DNA from: Phycisphaerae bacterium
Lineage (GTDB): Bacteria > Planctomycetota > Phycisphaerae > UBA1845
DNA length: 64,000 nt
Direction: 5' to 3'
Assembly: GCA_022072505.1 (NCBI GenBank)
Contig: JAJVHU010000010.1
Coordinates: forward strand, 174,170-238,169
Made by a program: the position numbers and the translations under genes. The notes beneath the pieces are model-generated. The model searched no databases, was not told the origin of the DNA, and was given only the letters and a program-made list of their open reading frames with translations. Positions 1 through 8,998 of the stretch are shown here, piece by piece; the first letter of the stretch is position 1, and every line of letters starts with the position of its first letter.

Positions 1-2
1 TG

Positions 3-1622
3 GACGTCAGCGGTCGCGACCTTTTCACCGTCATTCTGCGCGACATCACCGAGCGGATCGCCCGGGAGAACCACCTGCGGGAGCAGGAGCGCGCGATGCG
101 CACGCTGCTGGCGAACCTTCCCGGGATGGTGTACCGCTGCCGGAATGACCGGGACTGGACGCTTGATTTCGTCAGCGACGGCGCGGCGGAACTGACGGGG
201 TGCGACCTGGAGGATCTGCGCGGCGGGCGCGTGCGGATCGGGCGCGATCTGATTCACGAGGACGATCGTGATCGGGTCTGGGAGGACGTTCAGCGGGCGC
301 TGAAGGAGCGCCGCCCGTTCCAGGTTGAGTACCGGATCGTTCGCCCCGACGGTCGGTTGCGATGGGTCTGGGAGCGCGGGCAGGGGATCTTCGACGATCG
401 CGGCGACGTCCTGGCGCTCGAGGGCTTCATGACGGACATCACGGAGCGGCGTTTCGCGGAGAACGCCCTGCGGGAAAGCGAGGCGAGGCTTCAGGCGATC
501 CTCCGTCATGCGCCGAACGTCGCGATCCAGATCTTCGATCGTCAGGGACGGGTTCTGTTCTGGAACCGGGCGGCGGAGCGTCTTTTCGGATTCACGCAGG
601 AAGAGGCCGTCGGCCGGACGCTGGACCAACTGATCCTGGACGCCGCCGACGCCGCCGGGTTTCTGAAGCTGATCGATCACATCGCGCGGACGGGAGAGCA
701 CGTTCCGCCGGCGGACTGGAGTTTCACGGCGAAGGACGGGACGCGCGGCGTGGTCTACTCGGGGGTTTTTCCGATCGTTTTCGATCAGGATCGTCAGGCC
801 TACGTCTGCATGGACATCGACATCACCGCGCGGCGCCGCGCGGAGGACGCGCTGCGCGCCGCGAACGAGCGGCTGGAGGACCGGGTGCGGGAGCGGACGG
901 CGCAGCTCGAGGAGACGAACGCGGAGCTGGAGGCGTTCACGTATTCGGTGTCGCACGACCTGCGCGCGCCGGTCCGGCACATCAGTTCGTACGCGCGGAT
1001 CCTGCTGGAGGAACACGGCGCGGACTTCACCGGCGATGCGAAGCACTGCGCGTCGTCGATCCTCGCGTCGTCGAAGAAGCTTGGCCGCCTGATCGACGAT
1101 CTTCTGGATTTCTCGCGTCTTGGGCGGCAGGCGGTTCGGCGGGAGGCGGTGGACGTGCCGGCGATGGTGGACGAGGTGTGGCGCGAGGTGGTGAAGCAGT
1201 ATCCGGAAGGAGCGCCCCGGTTGATCGTGGCCGACCTTCCGCCGGCGTGGGCGGATCCGGGCCTGCTGCGCCACGTCTGGTTCAACCTGCTGGAGAACGC
1301 CGCCAAGTACAGCGCGGGCCGCCCGGCGCCTGAAGTGCGCGTCGCGGGATTCGACAGGGGGGGGAAACGCTGGTATTCTGTGTCGGACAACGGTGTGGGC
1401 TTCGACCCGCGGTACGCGGACAGGCTTTTCGGCGTGTTCCAGCGGCTGCACCGGGAAGAGGACTTCCCCGGAACCGGCGTGGGGCTGGCGCTGGTCCGGC
1501 GCATCGTGCAGAAGCACGGCGGCGAAGTCGCCGCCGAAGGACGACTCGATCAGGGGGCGACTTTCTCCTTCCATCTCCCGGAGAACAGGAATGAGCCTGC
1601 CGACGGAAATTCTGCTCGTTGA
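3..1622 (+). CDS. PAS-domain sensor histidine kinase, 5' end cut by window edge
   Basis: Frame is open from base 3 (DVSGRDLFTVILRDITERIA...), so the ATG at 96 is internal. Two PAS-like blocks and a coiled-coil linker. H-box FTYSVSHDLRAP, N-box WFNLLENAAKY, G-boxes DNGVGF and GTGVGLALV. Confidence 0.9.
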   Translation, partial: DVSGRDLFTVILRDITERIARENHLREQERAMRTLLANLPGMVYRCRNDRDWTLDFVSDGAAELTGCDLEDLRGGRVRIGRDLIHEDDRDRVWEDVQRALKERRPFQVEYRIVRPDGRLRWVWERGQGIFDDRGDVLALEGFMTDITERRFAENALRESEARLQAILRHAPNVAIQIFDRQGRVLFWNRAAERLFGFTQEEAVGRTLDQLILDAADAAGFLKLIDHIARTGEHVPPADWSFTAKDGTRGVVYSGVFPIVFDQDRQAYVCMDIDITARRRAEDALRAANERLEDRVRERTAQLEETNAELEAFTYSVSHDLRAPVRHISSYARILLEEHGADFTGDAKHCASSILASSKKLGRLIDDLLDFSRLGRQAVRREAVDVPAMVDEVWREVVKQYPEGAPRLIVADLPPAWADPGLLRHVWFNLLENAAKYSAGRPAPEVRVAGFDRGGKRWYSVSDNGVGFDPRYADRLFGVFQRLHREEDFPGTGVGLALVRRIVQKHGGEVAAEGRLDQGATFSFHLPENRNEPADGNSAR

Positions 1623-2022
1623 GGATGATCCGAACGACGTGGACCTGACGCTCCGCGTGTTCCGGGATCACCAACTGGCGAACCGCATCCGGGTGTTCCG
1701 CGACGGAGCGGAGGTCGTCGAGTACCTGCTGCCCGACGATCGAAGCCGGTCGATCGAGGCGCCGCGGTTCATCCTGCTGGATCTGAAGCTGCCGAAGATC
1801 AGCGGGCTGGACGTGCTGCGACGGATTCGATCCGACGAGCGGACGCGCACGATCCCGGTCGTGATGCTGACGTCCTCGCGTCAGATCCCCGACATCCGCG
1901 AGGCTTACGCCCTGGGGGTGAACAGTTACCTTTGCAAACCGGTCGAGTTCGACGCCTTCGCGGAAGTCGTGCGGCAGCTCGGAATGTACTGGATGCTCCT
2001 GAATGAACCCCCGGCGTCGTGA
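1591..2022 (+). CDS. Single-domain CheY-like response regulator
   Basis: ATG at 1591 inside ORF 1393-2022. Motifs ILLVEDDPNDV, FILLDLKLPKISG, PVVMLTSS, LCKP. Overlaps the upstream kinase stop by about 30 nt. Confidence 0.88.
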   Translation: MSLPTEILLVEDDPNDVDLTLRVFRDHQLANRIRVFRDGAEVVEYLLPDDRSRSIEAPRFILLDLKLPKISGLDVLRRIRSDERTRTIPVVMLTSSRQIPDIREAYALGVNSYLCKPVEFDAFAEVVRQLGMYWMLLNEPPAS

Positions 2023-2055
2023 CCGGAGCGCGCGTCGGGATGGCAAACCGGGAGC

Positions 2056-3660
2056 TTGACGTTGGCACCCGCCTCCGGGGCGGGAAGGGAGAGCGCCTTG
2101 GCCGGACCCGTCAAGGTCGTCATTGTCGAAGACAACGCCAGCGACGTGGACCTGTGTCTGCGCGAGTTGCGGCGCTGCGGGTTCACCGTGAACCACCGCG
2201 TCGTTGATCAGGAACCTCAGTTGCGCGACGCGCTGAGCGGCGCGGACTGGGATGTCATCCTTTCGGATTACACGCTGCCGCGCTTCAGCGCGATGGACGC
2301 GCTGAAGGTCGTCCGGGCTCAACGCCCCGAGATTCCCTTCATCATCGTGACGGGGACGATCGACGAGGAGTCCGCGGTCAACTGCCTGAAGCGCGGCGCC
2401 GACAATTACGTCCTGAAGTCCAACCTGGCGCGACTCGGACCGGCGGTCGAGCAGTCGCTGCGCATGCGCGCCGAGCAGCGTCAACAGCGCCTGCTGAAGG
2501 CGCAACTGCGCGAGGCCCAGAAGATGGAGGCCGTCGGCCAGCTCGCCACGGGCATCGCCCACGATTTCAACAACCTGCTGACGGCGATCCAGGGGTACCT
2601 CCAGCTCGCCCGGATGCACGCGCCCGCGGGAAGTCCGGTCGAAAACGCCCTGTCGGGGATCGCGCAGGCCTGCCAGAACGGCGTGGATCTGACGCAATCG
2701 CTGCTGCGGTTCAGTCGGCGCGGCGAGGCGATGTACGCGCCGGTGGACGTCGTCCACCTCGTCGACGAAAGCGCCCGGCTTTTCCGGCATATCCTTCCGG
2801 CGTCGATCGATATCCGGGTGAATCTGCCTGAAGGACGCCGCCTCTGGGTTCACGGGGATGCGACCCAGATGCAACAGGTGCTCATGAACCTCGCGGTCAA
2901 CGCCCGTGACGCGATGCCCGGCGGCGGAACGCTGACGTTTTCCGTCGCGGAGATGTCCGCCGTGGCGTCGCGACCGGCGGCGCTGCGCGCCCGCGAGGTC
3001 GAGGACGACGCGATCCTTCTGACCGTCGAGGACACCGGTCAGGGAATGTCCGAGGAGGTTCGGCGTCAGGTGTTCGATCCGTTCTTCACGACCAAGCCGC
3101 GCGGTCAGGGCACGGGACTGGGGCTGCCGATGGCGCAGGGCGTCATCCTGGACCACGGAGGGATGATCGACGTCGAGTCCGAACCGGGGCGGGGGACGCG
3201 GTTTCTGATCCTGCTGCCGGCGTGGAAACCGGTGGCGGAGCCCCCCGGCGACATCGACGGCGCCCGGGCGGCGGAGTCGCTGCGGGCGAGCGTGCTGCTG
3301 CTTTGTCCGGATCGTCAGCATCGGGCGGTGATGGCGGAGACGCTGGTCAGCGCCGGATGTCGCGTGACGCAGGTGGACGGGATGCAGGAGGCCGCGGCGG
3401 TTGGCGGTGGAGCGGGACGCTCGTATGATCTGGTCGTGATTGACCCGGGTCACGAGACCGCTTCGCGCCCCTCGCACGAGGAGCTCAGGCGCATCGGCGG
3501 TCCCTGCCCGGTGATCCTGCTGAGGGATCCGGGGTCGGAGGGAGTCCGGCCGCTGCAACCGAATGAGTATCCGCTGGATCGACCGTTCACGATGGGCGAA
3601 TTCGTCGGCGCCGTTCGCCGCGCGATCCGGACGGGAAACCAGGGAGACCGACCCCGATGA
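2056..3660 (+). CDS. Hybrid sensor kinase: N-terminal receiver, HisKA, HATPase_c, C-terminal receiver-like domain
   Basis: Receiver motifs VVIVEDNASDV and VILSDYTLP. H-box GIAHDFNNLL, N-box NLAVNARDAM, G-boxes DTGQGM and GTGLGL. C-terminal block SVLLLCPD...DLVVID resembles a receiver. TTG start is uncertain. Confidence 0.85.
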   Translation: MTLAPASGAGRESALAGPVKVVIVEDNASDVDLCLRELRRCGFTVNHRVVDQEPQLRDALSGADWDVILSDYTLPRFSAMDALKVVRAQRPEIPFIIVTGTIDEESAVNCLKRGADNYVLKSNLARLGPAVEQSLRMRAEQRQQRLLKAQLREAQKMEAVGQLATGIAHDFNNLLTAIQGYLQLARMHAPAGSPVENALSGIAQACQNGVDLTQSLLRFSRRGEAMYAPVDVVHLVDESARLFRHILPASIDIRVNLPEGRRLWVHGDATQMQQVLMNLAVNARDAMPGGGTLTFSVAEMSAVASRPAALRAREVEDDAILLTVEDTGQGMSEEVRRQVFDPFFTTKPRGQGTGLGLPMAQGVILDHGGMIDVESEPGRGTRFLILLPAWKPVAEPPGDIDGARAAESLRASVLLLCPDRQHRAVMAETLVSAGCRVTQVDGMQEAAAVGGGAGRSYDLVVIDPGHETASRPSHEELRRIGGPCPVILLRDPGSEGVRPLQPNEYPLDRPFTMGEFVGAVRRAIRTGNQGDRPR

Positions 3661-4310
3661 ATCCAATTCGAGTCCTTGTCGCCGACGATCACACGCTGGT
3701 GAAGTCCATGCTGGCCGAGCGCCTCCAGCGCGAGCCTGACATCAAGGTCGTCGCCACCGCCGGGCGCGCCGATGAGGCGTTCGACCTCGTGCTGGCGCAT
3801 TCCCCGGACGTGGTGGTGATGGACATCGACATGCCCGGTCTGATCTGCTTCGACGCCGCCCGGCGGATGCTCGCCTCCAGACCGAACACGCGCATTCTCT
3901 TCCTCAGCGCGTTCACGCACGATCATTACATCGAGCAGGCGCTGGCCGTCGGGGCGCTCGGTTACATCACCAAGACGGAACCGGCGGACACGATCATCAG
4001 CGCGGTCCGCAACGTGGCGAACAACCTCTCGCACTTCTCCGACGCGGTCCGCGAGCGGATCGTGCAGGGGCCTTCGGGGCTGAGCCTGGCCTCGCGCCCG
4101 CAAACGCGGGCGTCGCAACTGACGCCGCGGGAGATCGAGGTCGTCCGCTACATTGCCCGCGGGCTGTCGAAAAAAGAGATCGCCCAGCTCATGAACCTCA
4201 GCATCAAGACCGTGGACAAGCACACCTGCAACCTGATGGACAAGCTCGACATCCACGATCGCGTCGAGCTGGCCCGCTTCGCGATCCGCGAGGGGCTTTC
4301 CGAGCCCTGA
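3657..4310 (+). CDS. NarL/FixJ (LuxR-type HTH) response regulator
   Basis: Receiver motifs VLVADDH and VVMDIDMPG. LuxR HTH LTPREIEVVRYIARGLSKKEIAQLMNLSIKTVDKH. ATGA overlap with the upstream stop. Confidence 0.9.
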   Translation: MNPIRVLVADDHTLVKSMLAERLQREPDIKVVATAGRADEAFDLVLAHSPDVVVMDIDMPGLICFDAARRMLASRPNTRILFLSAFTHDHYIEQALAVGALGYITKTEPADTIISAVRNVANNLSHFSDAVRERIVQGPSGLSLASRPQTRASQLTPREIEVVRYIARGLSKKEIAQLMNLSIKTVDKHTCNLMDKLDIHDRVELARFAIREGLSEP

Positions 4311-4651
4311 CCGGCGGCGCCCTGCCGTCCTTTGCGTCACGGCGTCGCCGAAACGCGGAACGTCGCATAATCGGGAGGGCGTCGTCGCTTAAAACCTTGC
4401 GCGGATTTAACCAAGTCACGCTGGACACCCGCCGGGTTGATCGTGGAAGCTGCCCTCAACGGGCCGCTATACTTGTTGGACTCCCCCGTCTTGGAGGCGG
4501 ATACGGCCGGCGGTTTCCCTGTCGCCGGCAGGGAATCGGCGCCGAAGAAGGTCGCGTTACGTCGGAACAAGGGTCCGCGAGTCGTAACGGACCGCGGGAG
4601 GGCTCCGGGAACTCCGGAACCACCCTGGCGGTCGTCTCGGGCGGGTGCGCG

Positions 4652-5506
4652 TTGAAAGACCATCCTGAACAATCCTCAAGCACGGATTACCCGGTTGTGG
4701 CGGGGGGACGCTTCGCCCCCGCGCTTCGGATCACCCGGGGTGAGGGGCTGGGACGCCGCATCCCCTGTCGACGGATCGTGACGCTGGTCGGATCCAGACC
4801 CGGGTGCAAGGTCAATCTTCAGCACCCTGCCGTGGCGCCCGTCCACCTGGCGTTGGTGCATACCGGATCGCGCTGGTTGGCGTGCGACCTGGCGACGCTG
4901 CGCGGGACGCGGCATAACGATCTTCCGCTGCGCGTCGATGAAATGCTCGACGGGAGCGTGCTGGCGCTGGGGCCTTGGGAGTTCCGCGTCGAGATCGCAC
5001 CAACGGACCCGGAGGCGCCCGGAGCAGGGATCGACCTGGATGCCTCGCCGGGGGATCCGACGCTGGAGCACCTCGGCACGCGGCGCTTGTTTCAGCCGGC
5101 GCGCGACGTGTGCCTGATCGGTCGGCGGTCGGGCTGCGACATCGCAATTGAGGACGAGGAGGTGTCCCGCGTTCACGCGATTCTCTTCAAGCATCACGAT
5201 CGCGCCGTCATCGCCGACGTGCTCGCGTCCGTTCCGCTGCGCATCAACGGCGAACCCCGGCGGTTCGCGCACCTTCACCAGGATGACGTGATCGAGGTCG
5301 GGCGCACGCAGTTCAGAGTCCGGTTCCCGCGCGGCGTTCATGCCGCGACGCCCGGCGGAAACGGGGTCGCCGAGCCTCCCGCAACGCCGGAGGCGACGGC
5401 GAAAGAAACCGACCTCGTTGACATCCGGACCGCGGAGGGCAAACATTGGCCGGTGGCGGATCGGCTCGAACGCCTCCGAAAGAACTCGATGCCTTCCGGG
5501 TCATGA
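4652..5506 (+). CDS. Protein with two FHA domains
   Basis: Two FHA-like blocks: VTLVGSRPGCKVNLQHPAVAPVHLALVH...GTRHND...LGPWEFRV and CLIGRRSGCDIAIEDEEVSRVHAILFKH...LRINGE...VIEVGRTQFRVRF. The ORF is open from 4397, but the first ~85 codons look non-coding. A TTG at 4652 is one plausible start. Confidence 0.7.
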   Translation: MKDHPEQSSSTDYPVVAGGRFAPALRITRGEGLGRRIPCRRIVTLVGSRPGCKVNLQHPAVAPVHLALVHTGSRWLACDLATLRGTRHNDLPLRVDEMLDGSVLALGPWEFRVEIAPTDPEAPGAGIDLDASPGDPTLEHLGTRRLFQPARDVCLIGRRSGCDIAIEDEEVSRVHAILFKHHDRAVIADVLASVPLRINGEPRRFAHLHQDDVIEVGRTQFRVRFPRGVHAATPGGNGVAEPPATPEATAKETDLVDIRTAEGKHWPVADRLERLRKNSMPSGS

Positions 5507-5551
5507 GAAGGAGGCGGCGATGTCGCCTTCGTTGCAGGGCGCGCAAGCGAG

Positions 5552-6355
5552 GTGCAGGGAACCTTGACGACGAACCCGGTCAACCTGACAGATGCGGAAC
5601 AGGGCACGCGGCGGCCGTCGAAGGCGTACCTGATCGGGCCCTTGCTGGCGCTTTTATCGATCCCGGCTTATCTGGTCTGGCTGGACGTTTCGCTGCTTCG
5701 GTCGACCGCGTTGCAATCTTTCGCGCTGATGATCGCGGGGACCGTCGTCGGGCTGATGACGCTGAAGACAGACCGTCGCCGACGGGTGAAGGCTGCGGCG
5801 ATCGGCACGGGCGGGTTCCTCCTGCTCGGCACGGGGATGTTCTTTTTCGCCACGAAGCTCCCCCAGCCTGCCGGCGCGCCGGAGGTCGGGGCGCGTGTCC
5901 CGGGATTTACGCTGCCGGATCAGACCGGTCAACCGGTCAGCCTGGCGTCTCTCTACCAACGCGGGGCGACGTTGCTGGTGTTCTATCGCGGGCACTGGTG
6001 AATCACCTGTCTTTCGGAGCTCCGCGGGCTCGGAGACGTTCATCGCAAGCTGGAGGCGCAAAGCGGTCAGGTGATCGCGGTGTCCGTCGACGCGCCGTCG
6101 GTATCGCTCGACGTCGTCGAGCGCCTCGCCCTGCCCTTCGACATTCTCTGCGACGTGGATGCGGCCGTGGTCCGACAGTTCGGGTTGCTGCACACGGGCG
6201 GGAATCCCCACGGCGGCGACACCACCGTCCCGGCAATGTTTCTGATCGGGAGCGAAGGCAAAGTGCTCTGGCGCCGCGTCGCGCAGCGGATTCAGGATCG
6301 CCCGGACCCGCGTGAGATTCTTGACGCGATCGAGCGTCTTGCCGCCGCCCCCTAA
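5552..6355 (+). CDS. Membrane-anchored AhpC/TSA (redoxin-fold) peroxiredoxin-like protein; in-frame TGA at 5999-6001 read as selenocysteine (U-x-x-C)
   Basis: ORFs 5552-6001 and 6071-6355 share one frame and only the TGA separates them. Read-through gives LLVFYRGHW-U-ITCLSELRGL...VIAVSVD...LPFDILCD...PAMFLIGSEGKVLW, a complete thioredoxin-fold peroxiredoxin. The N-terminus has hydrophobic helices. Confidence 0.65.
6012..6036 (+). promoter_or_regulatory. Candidate bacterial SECIS hairpin
   Basis: UUUCGGAGC / loop UCCGCGG / GCUCGGAGA. Eight pairs with one G-G mismatch. Starts 10 nt after the UGA. The G-containing apical loop lies about 22 nt from the UGA. Confidence 0.4.
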
Positions 6356-6424
6356 ATCGCGGCGCGCGGACTCTGCGGAGTTGCTTCCGCGGCGGCGGAG
6401 CGACGGGTCCGTGCGCCGGAGGGA

Positions 6425-6883
6425 CTACGCCTCCTCCTTCGCCCGAAGCGGCACCATCAGAACGGCGCACGGCGCATGCTCCATCACGGCCTTGCTGACC
6501 GATCCGAGAAAAATGCGCGTGACCAGCCCGCGGGCGTGCGTGCCGATGACGATCAGATCCACCTGATTGTCGCAGGCGTAGCGGGTAATCTCGGCAACGG
6601 GAGCGCCGATCCGCGCATCGGTCACGACGCGCAACGATGTCGGACCGACGGCGTCCCGCACAAACGCTTCCAGAAAGCGCTTCGCCTGCTCCTCATCCGG
6701 GGGCAAAGCGAGGACGCCCATCCCGATGTCAGGGGCCGGAAAGGGCTGAACCTCCGGCGACATGATGTGCAGGACGTGGAGCGCGGCGCCGTAGGTCTCG
6801 GCGACGGAGCGGGCGAAATGCGCTGCATTGCGCGCGAGGTCCGAGAAATCGGTCGGCAGTAGAACGTTCCGAAATCGCACCAT
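6425..6883 (-). CDS. Universal stress protein (UspA family)
   Basis: Start MVRFRNVLLPTDFSDLARNA... then DLIVIGTHARGLVTRIFLGSVSKAVMEHAPCAVLMV. ATG at 6883 inside the longer ORF. Confidence 0.88.
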   Translation of the reverse strand: MVRFRNVLLPTDFSDLARNAAHFARSVAETYGAALHVLHIMSPEVQPFPAPDIGMGVLALPPDEEQAKRFLEAFVRDAVGPTSLRVVTDARIGAPVAEITRYACDNQVDLIVIGTHARGLVTRIFLGSVSKAVMEHAPCAVLMVPLRAKEEA

Positions 6884-7058
6884 CGTCGCCCCCTTCGGAA
6901 TGACCCCTGTCCGCCGGCAACAAGCCAACGATCCCGTCATTCTGCGCGTCGAAGACCGTCTTGGCGAGAGAAAACCACTGAAACTGGTAGCAAATCCCGC
7001 GCCGAGCAAACCCTGCGCCGCTCACCGACCCCCTGAAATAATTTTTATATCTAAACAT

Positions 7059-7086
7059 TTGAAATCAATATTTTCGACGTTATAAT
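7059..7086 (+). promoter_or_regulatory. Near-consensus sigma-70 promoter, TTGAAA-N16-TATAAT, for the marR-like gene
   Basis: TTGAAA at 7059-7064 and TATAAT at 7081-7086, inside a ~60-bp very AT-rich island in a GC-rich genome. The ATG at 7094 lies 7 nt after the -10, so the mRNA would be leaderless or nearly so. Confidence 0.5.
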
Positions 7087-7093
7087 AATCGGC

Positions 7094-7738
7094 ATGTCGG
7101 ATCGGGTTGATCTCATCCTGGAACAGTGGCGGCGGGAGCGGCCTGACGTAAACGTCGAGTCGCTCGGACTGGTTAACCGAGTCCTCGCTCTGGCGAAACA
7201 CCTGGAAGACAGGGCTAACGAAGCGCTCGCGCCGTTCGGGCTGCAACTTTGGCAGTATGACGTTCTGTCCGCACTTCGCCGTGCCGGACCGGAATACGCG
7301 TTGTCCCCGTCGGAACTTTGTCGGGTGTCAACCCTCAGTTGCGGCGCGATGACGCACCGGCTGGACCGTCTCGAAGAGGCCGGGTTGGTGCGGCGCGAAC
7401 CGGATCCCGCGGACCGACGCGGATTGCGCATCCGGCTGACCGAGGCGGGGCGGACCTGCATTGACGCGGCGCTGGAACCGCGCGTGGCGCAAGCCGCCCG
7501 GTTTGCCGAGACGCTTCCGGTCGAAGATCGCGCTATCCTGGCGGAACTCCTGCGACGGCTCCTGATGTCCTGTGACCGCAGCGCGGCGCCGGAACCCGAC
7601 CCAGCCTCGTCGGCGTCGCGCCGCAGCCGAGCCGGTCGTCGTCGTTCCCGGCTTCGCGCCCCGCAGACGGCCCCGGCGTGGGCGCCGGACGGACTTCCGG
7701 ACGTCAGCGCCTCCGCGCCGCGGATAGATCCATCCTGA
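7094..7738 (+). CDS. MarR family transcriptional regulator with a low-complexity C-terminal tail
   Basis: Winged-helix block LQLWQYDVLSALRRAG...LSPSELCRVSTLSCGAMTHRLDRLEEAGLVRREPDPADRRGLRIRLTEAG. Confidence 0.88.
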   Translation: MSDRVDLILEQWRRERPDVNVESLGLVNRVLALAKHLEDRANEALAPFGLQLWQYDVLSALRRAGPEYALSPSELCRVSTLSCGAMTHRLDRLEEAGLVRREPDPADRRGLRIRLTEAGRTCIDAALEPRVAQAARFAETLPVEDRAILAELLRRLLMSCDRSAAPEPDPASSASRRSRAGRRRSRLRAPQTAPAWAPDGLPDVSASAPRIDPS

Positions 7739-7807
7739 AGGAGCGTTGCGCATGAACCACCGGCGGGGGCCTCGCTCTCGCCAACCCGCGAAAAAGGAGT
7801 GTTGAAC

Positions 7808-8998
7808 ATGTCTACGATGCAATTGCCTCAAGCCGCCCCGTCGTCGCCGCGCAAGGTGAAGTACATCCGGGAGATCGAAGCGGTTCCGCATCTTTCGACG
7901 GCACAGAAGGAGCGTCTGAAAGCCGTCGCCGACCGCTACGTCTTCCGGGCCAACGATTACTATCTCGGGCTGATTGACTGGAGCGACCCGAACGACCCGA
8001 TCCGCCAGCTCATCATCCCCCGCGAGGAGGAGTTGAACGACTGGGGGAAGCTGGACGCCAGCAACGAGGCCGCGGTCACGGTCGCGCAGGGCGTGCAGCA
8101 CAAGTACACGCACACGGTCCTGCTCCTGTGCAACGAGGTTTGCGGCGCGTACTGCCGGTACTGCTTCCGGAAGCGCCTTTTCATGGACGGCAACGACGAG
8201 ACGTCCAACGACGTCTCGGCGGGACTGAAGTACATCCGGGAGCACCCGGAGGTGACCAACGTCCTGCTGACCGGCGGAGACCCGCTGCTGATGAGCACGC
8301 GGCGGCTGCGCGAAATCATCGAGGAGCTGCGGGCGATCGATCACGTTCGCATCATCCGGATCGGGTCGAAGATGCCCGCGTTCGACCCGTGGCGCCTGAC
8401 GCGGGACGCGGAGCTTCAGGAGGTGCTGCGGCGGAACTCGACGCCGCGGAAGCGCATCTATCTGATGGCGCACTTCGATCATCCGCGCGAGCTGACGGAC
8501 GCGGCGGTGGAGGGTCTCGACGCCTTCCTCCGGTGCGGCGTGATCTGCGTGAACCAGTGTCCCCTGATCGCGGGGATCAACGACGACGAGGAAGTGCTCG
8601 GGACGATGTACCGGGAGCTGTCGTTCATCGGATGTCCGCCGTATTACCTTTTTCAGGGGCGGCCGACCGCCGGCAACGAACCCTACGAGGTTCCGCTCGT
8701 CCGGGGGTTTCACATTTTCCGCGGGGCGATGCGGCGCGGGTCCGGTCTGGCGAGCCGGGCGCGGTACGTGATGTCGCACGAGACGGGGAAGGTGGAGATT
8801 CAGGCGGTCGATGACCGTTACATCTACCTGCGGTATCATCGGGCGAAGGATCCCGCGATGCGCGGGCGGTTCATGATCTACCACCGCAACGACGAGGCGT
8901 ACTGGCTGGACCAGCTCGAACCGACCGATGCGTCAGGGCAGCTTGCGCCGGTGTTCACCGCGTCCGCGCCGGACGAGGTTCTCGAGGGTCCGGAGTGA
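7808..8998 (+). CDS. KamA-family radical SAM aminomutase (lysine 2,3-aminomutase-like)
   Basis: CxxxCxxC cluster CGAYCRYCFRK, followed by VTNVLLTGGDPLLM and IRIGSKMP. AAGGAG Shine-Dalgarno at 7794-7799, 8 nt before the ATG at 7808. Confidence 0.85.
   Translation: MSTMQLPQAAPSSPRKVKYIREIEAVPHLSTAQKERLKAVADRYVFRANDYYLGLIDWSDPNDPIRQLIIPREEELNDWGKLDASNEAAVTVAQGVQHKYTHTVLLLCNEVCGAYCRYCFRKRLFMDGNDETSNDVSAGLKYIREHPEVTNVLLTGGDPLLMSTRRLREIIEELRAIDHVRIIRIGSKMPAFDPWRLTRDAELQEVLRRNSTPRKRIYLMAHFDHPRELTDAAVEGLDAFLRCGVICVNQCPLIAGINDDEEVLGTMYRELSFIGCPPYYLFQGRPTAGNEPYEVPLVRGFHIFRGAMRRGSGLASRARYVMSHETGKVEIQAVDDRYIYLRYHRAKDPAMRGRFMIYHRNDEAYWLDQLEPTDASGQLAPVFTASAPDEVLEGPE

Noticed and set aside
1282-3666. 794-aa minus-strand ORF antisense to the response regulator and hybrid kinase genes
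   Set aside because: Arg/Pro/Gly-rich low-complexity translation with no motifs. It fully overlaps well-supported plus-strand genes. This is a typical shadow ORF in high-GC DNA.
5999-6001. Reading the TGA as a genuine stop (truncated gene or pseudogene)
   Set aside because: Not fully excluded but disfavoured. It is the only lesion and the frame is preserved for 118 further codons of intact thioredoxin fold. The TGA falls exactly on the catalytic-Cys codon with the resolving Cys kept, and a SECIS-like hairpin follows.
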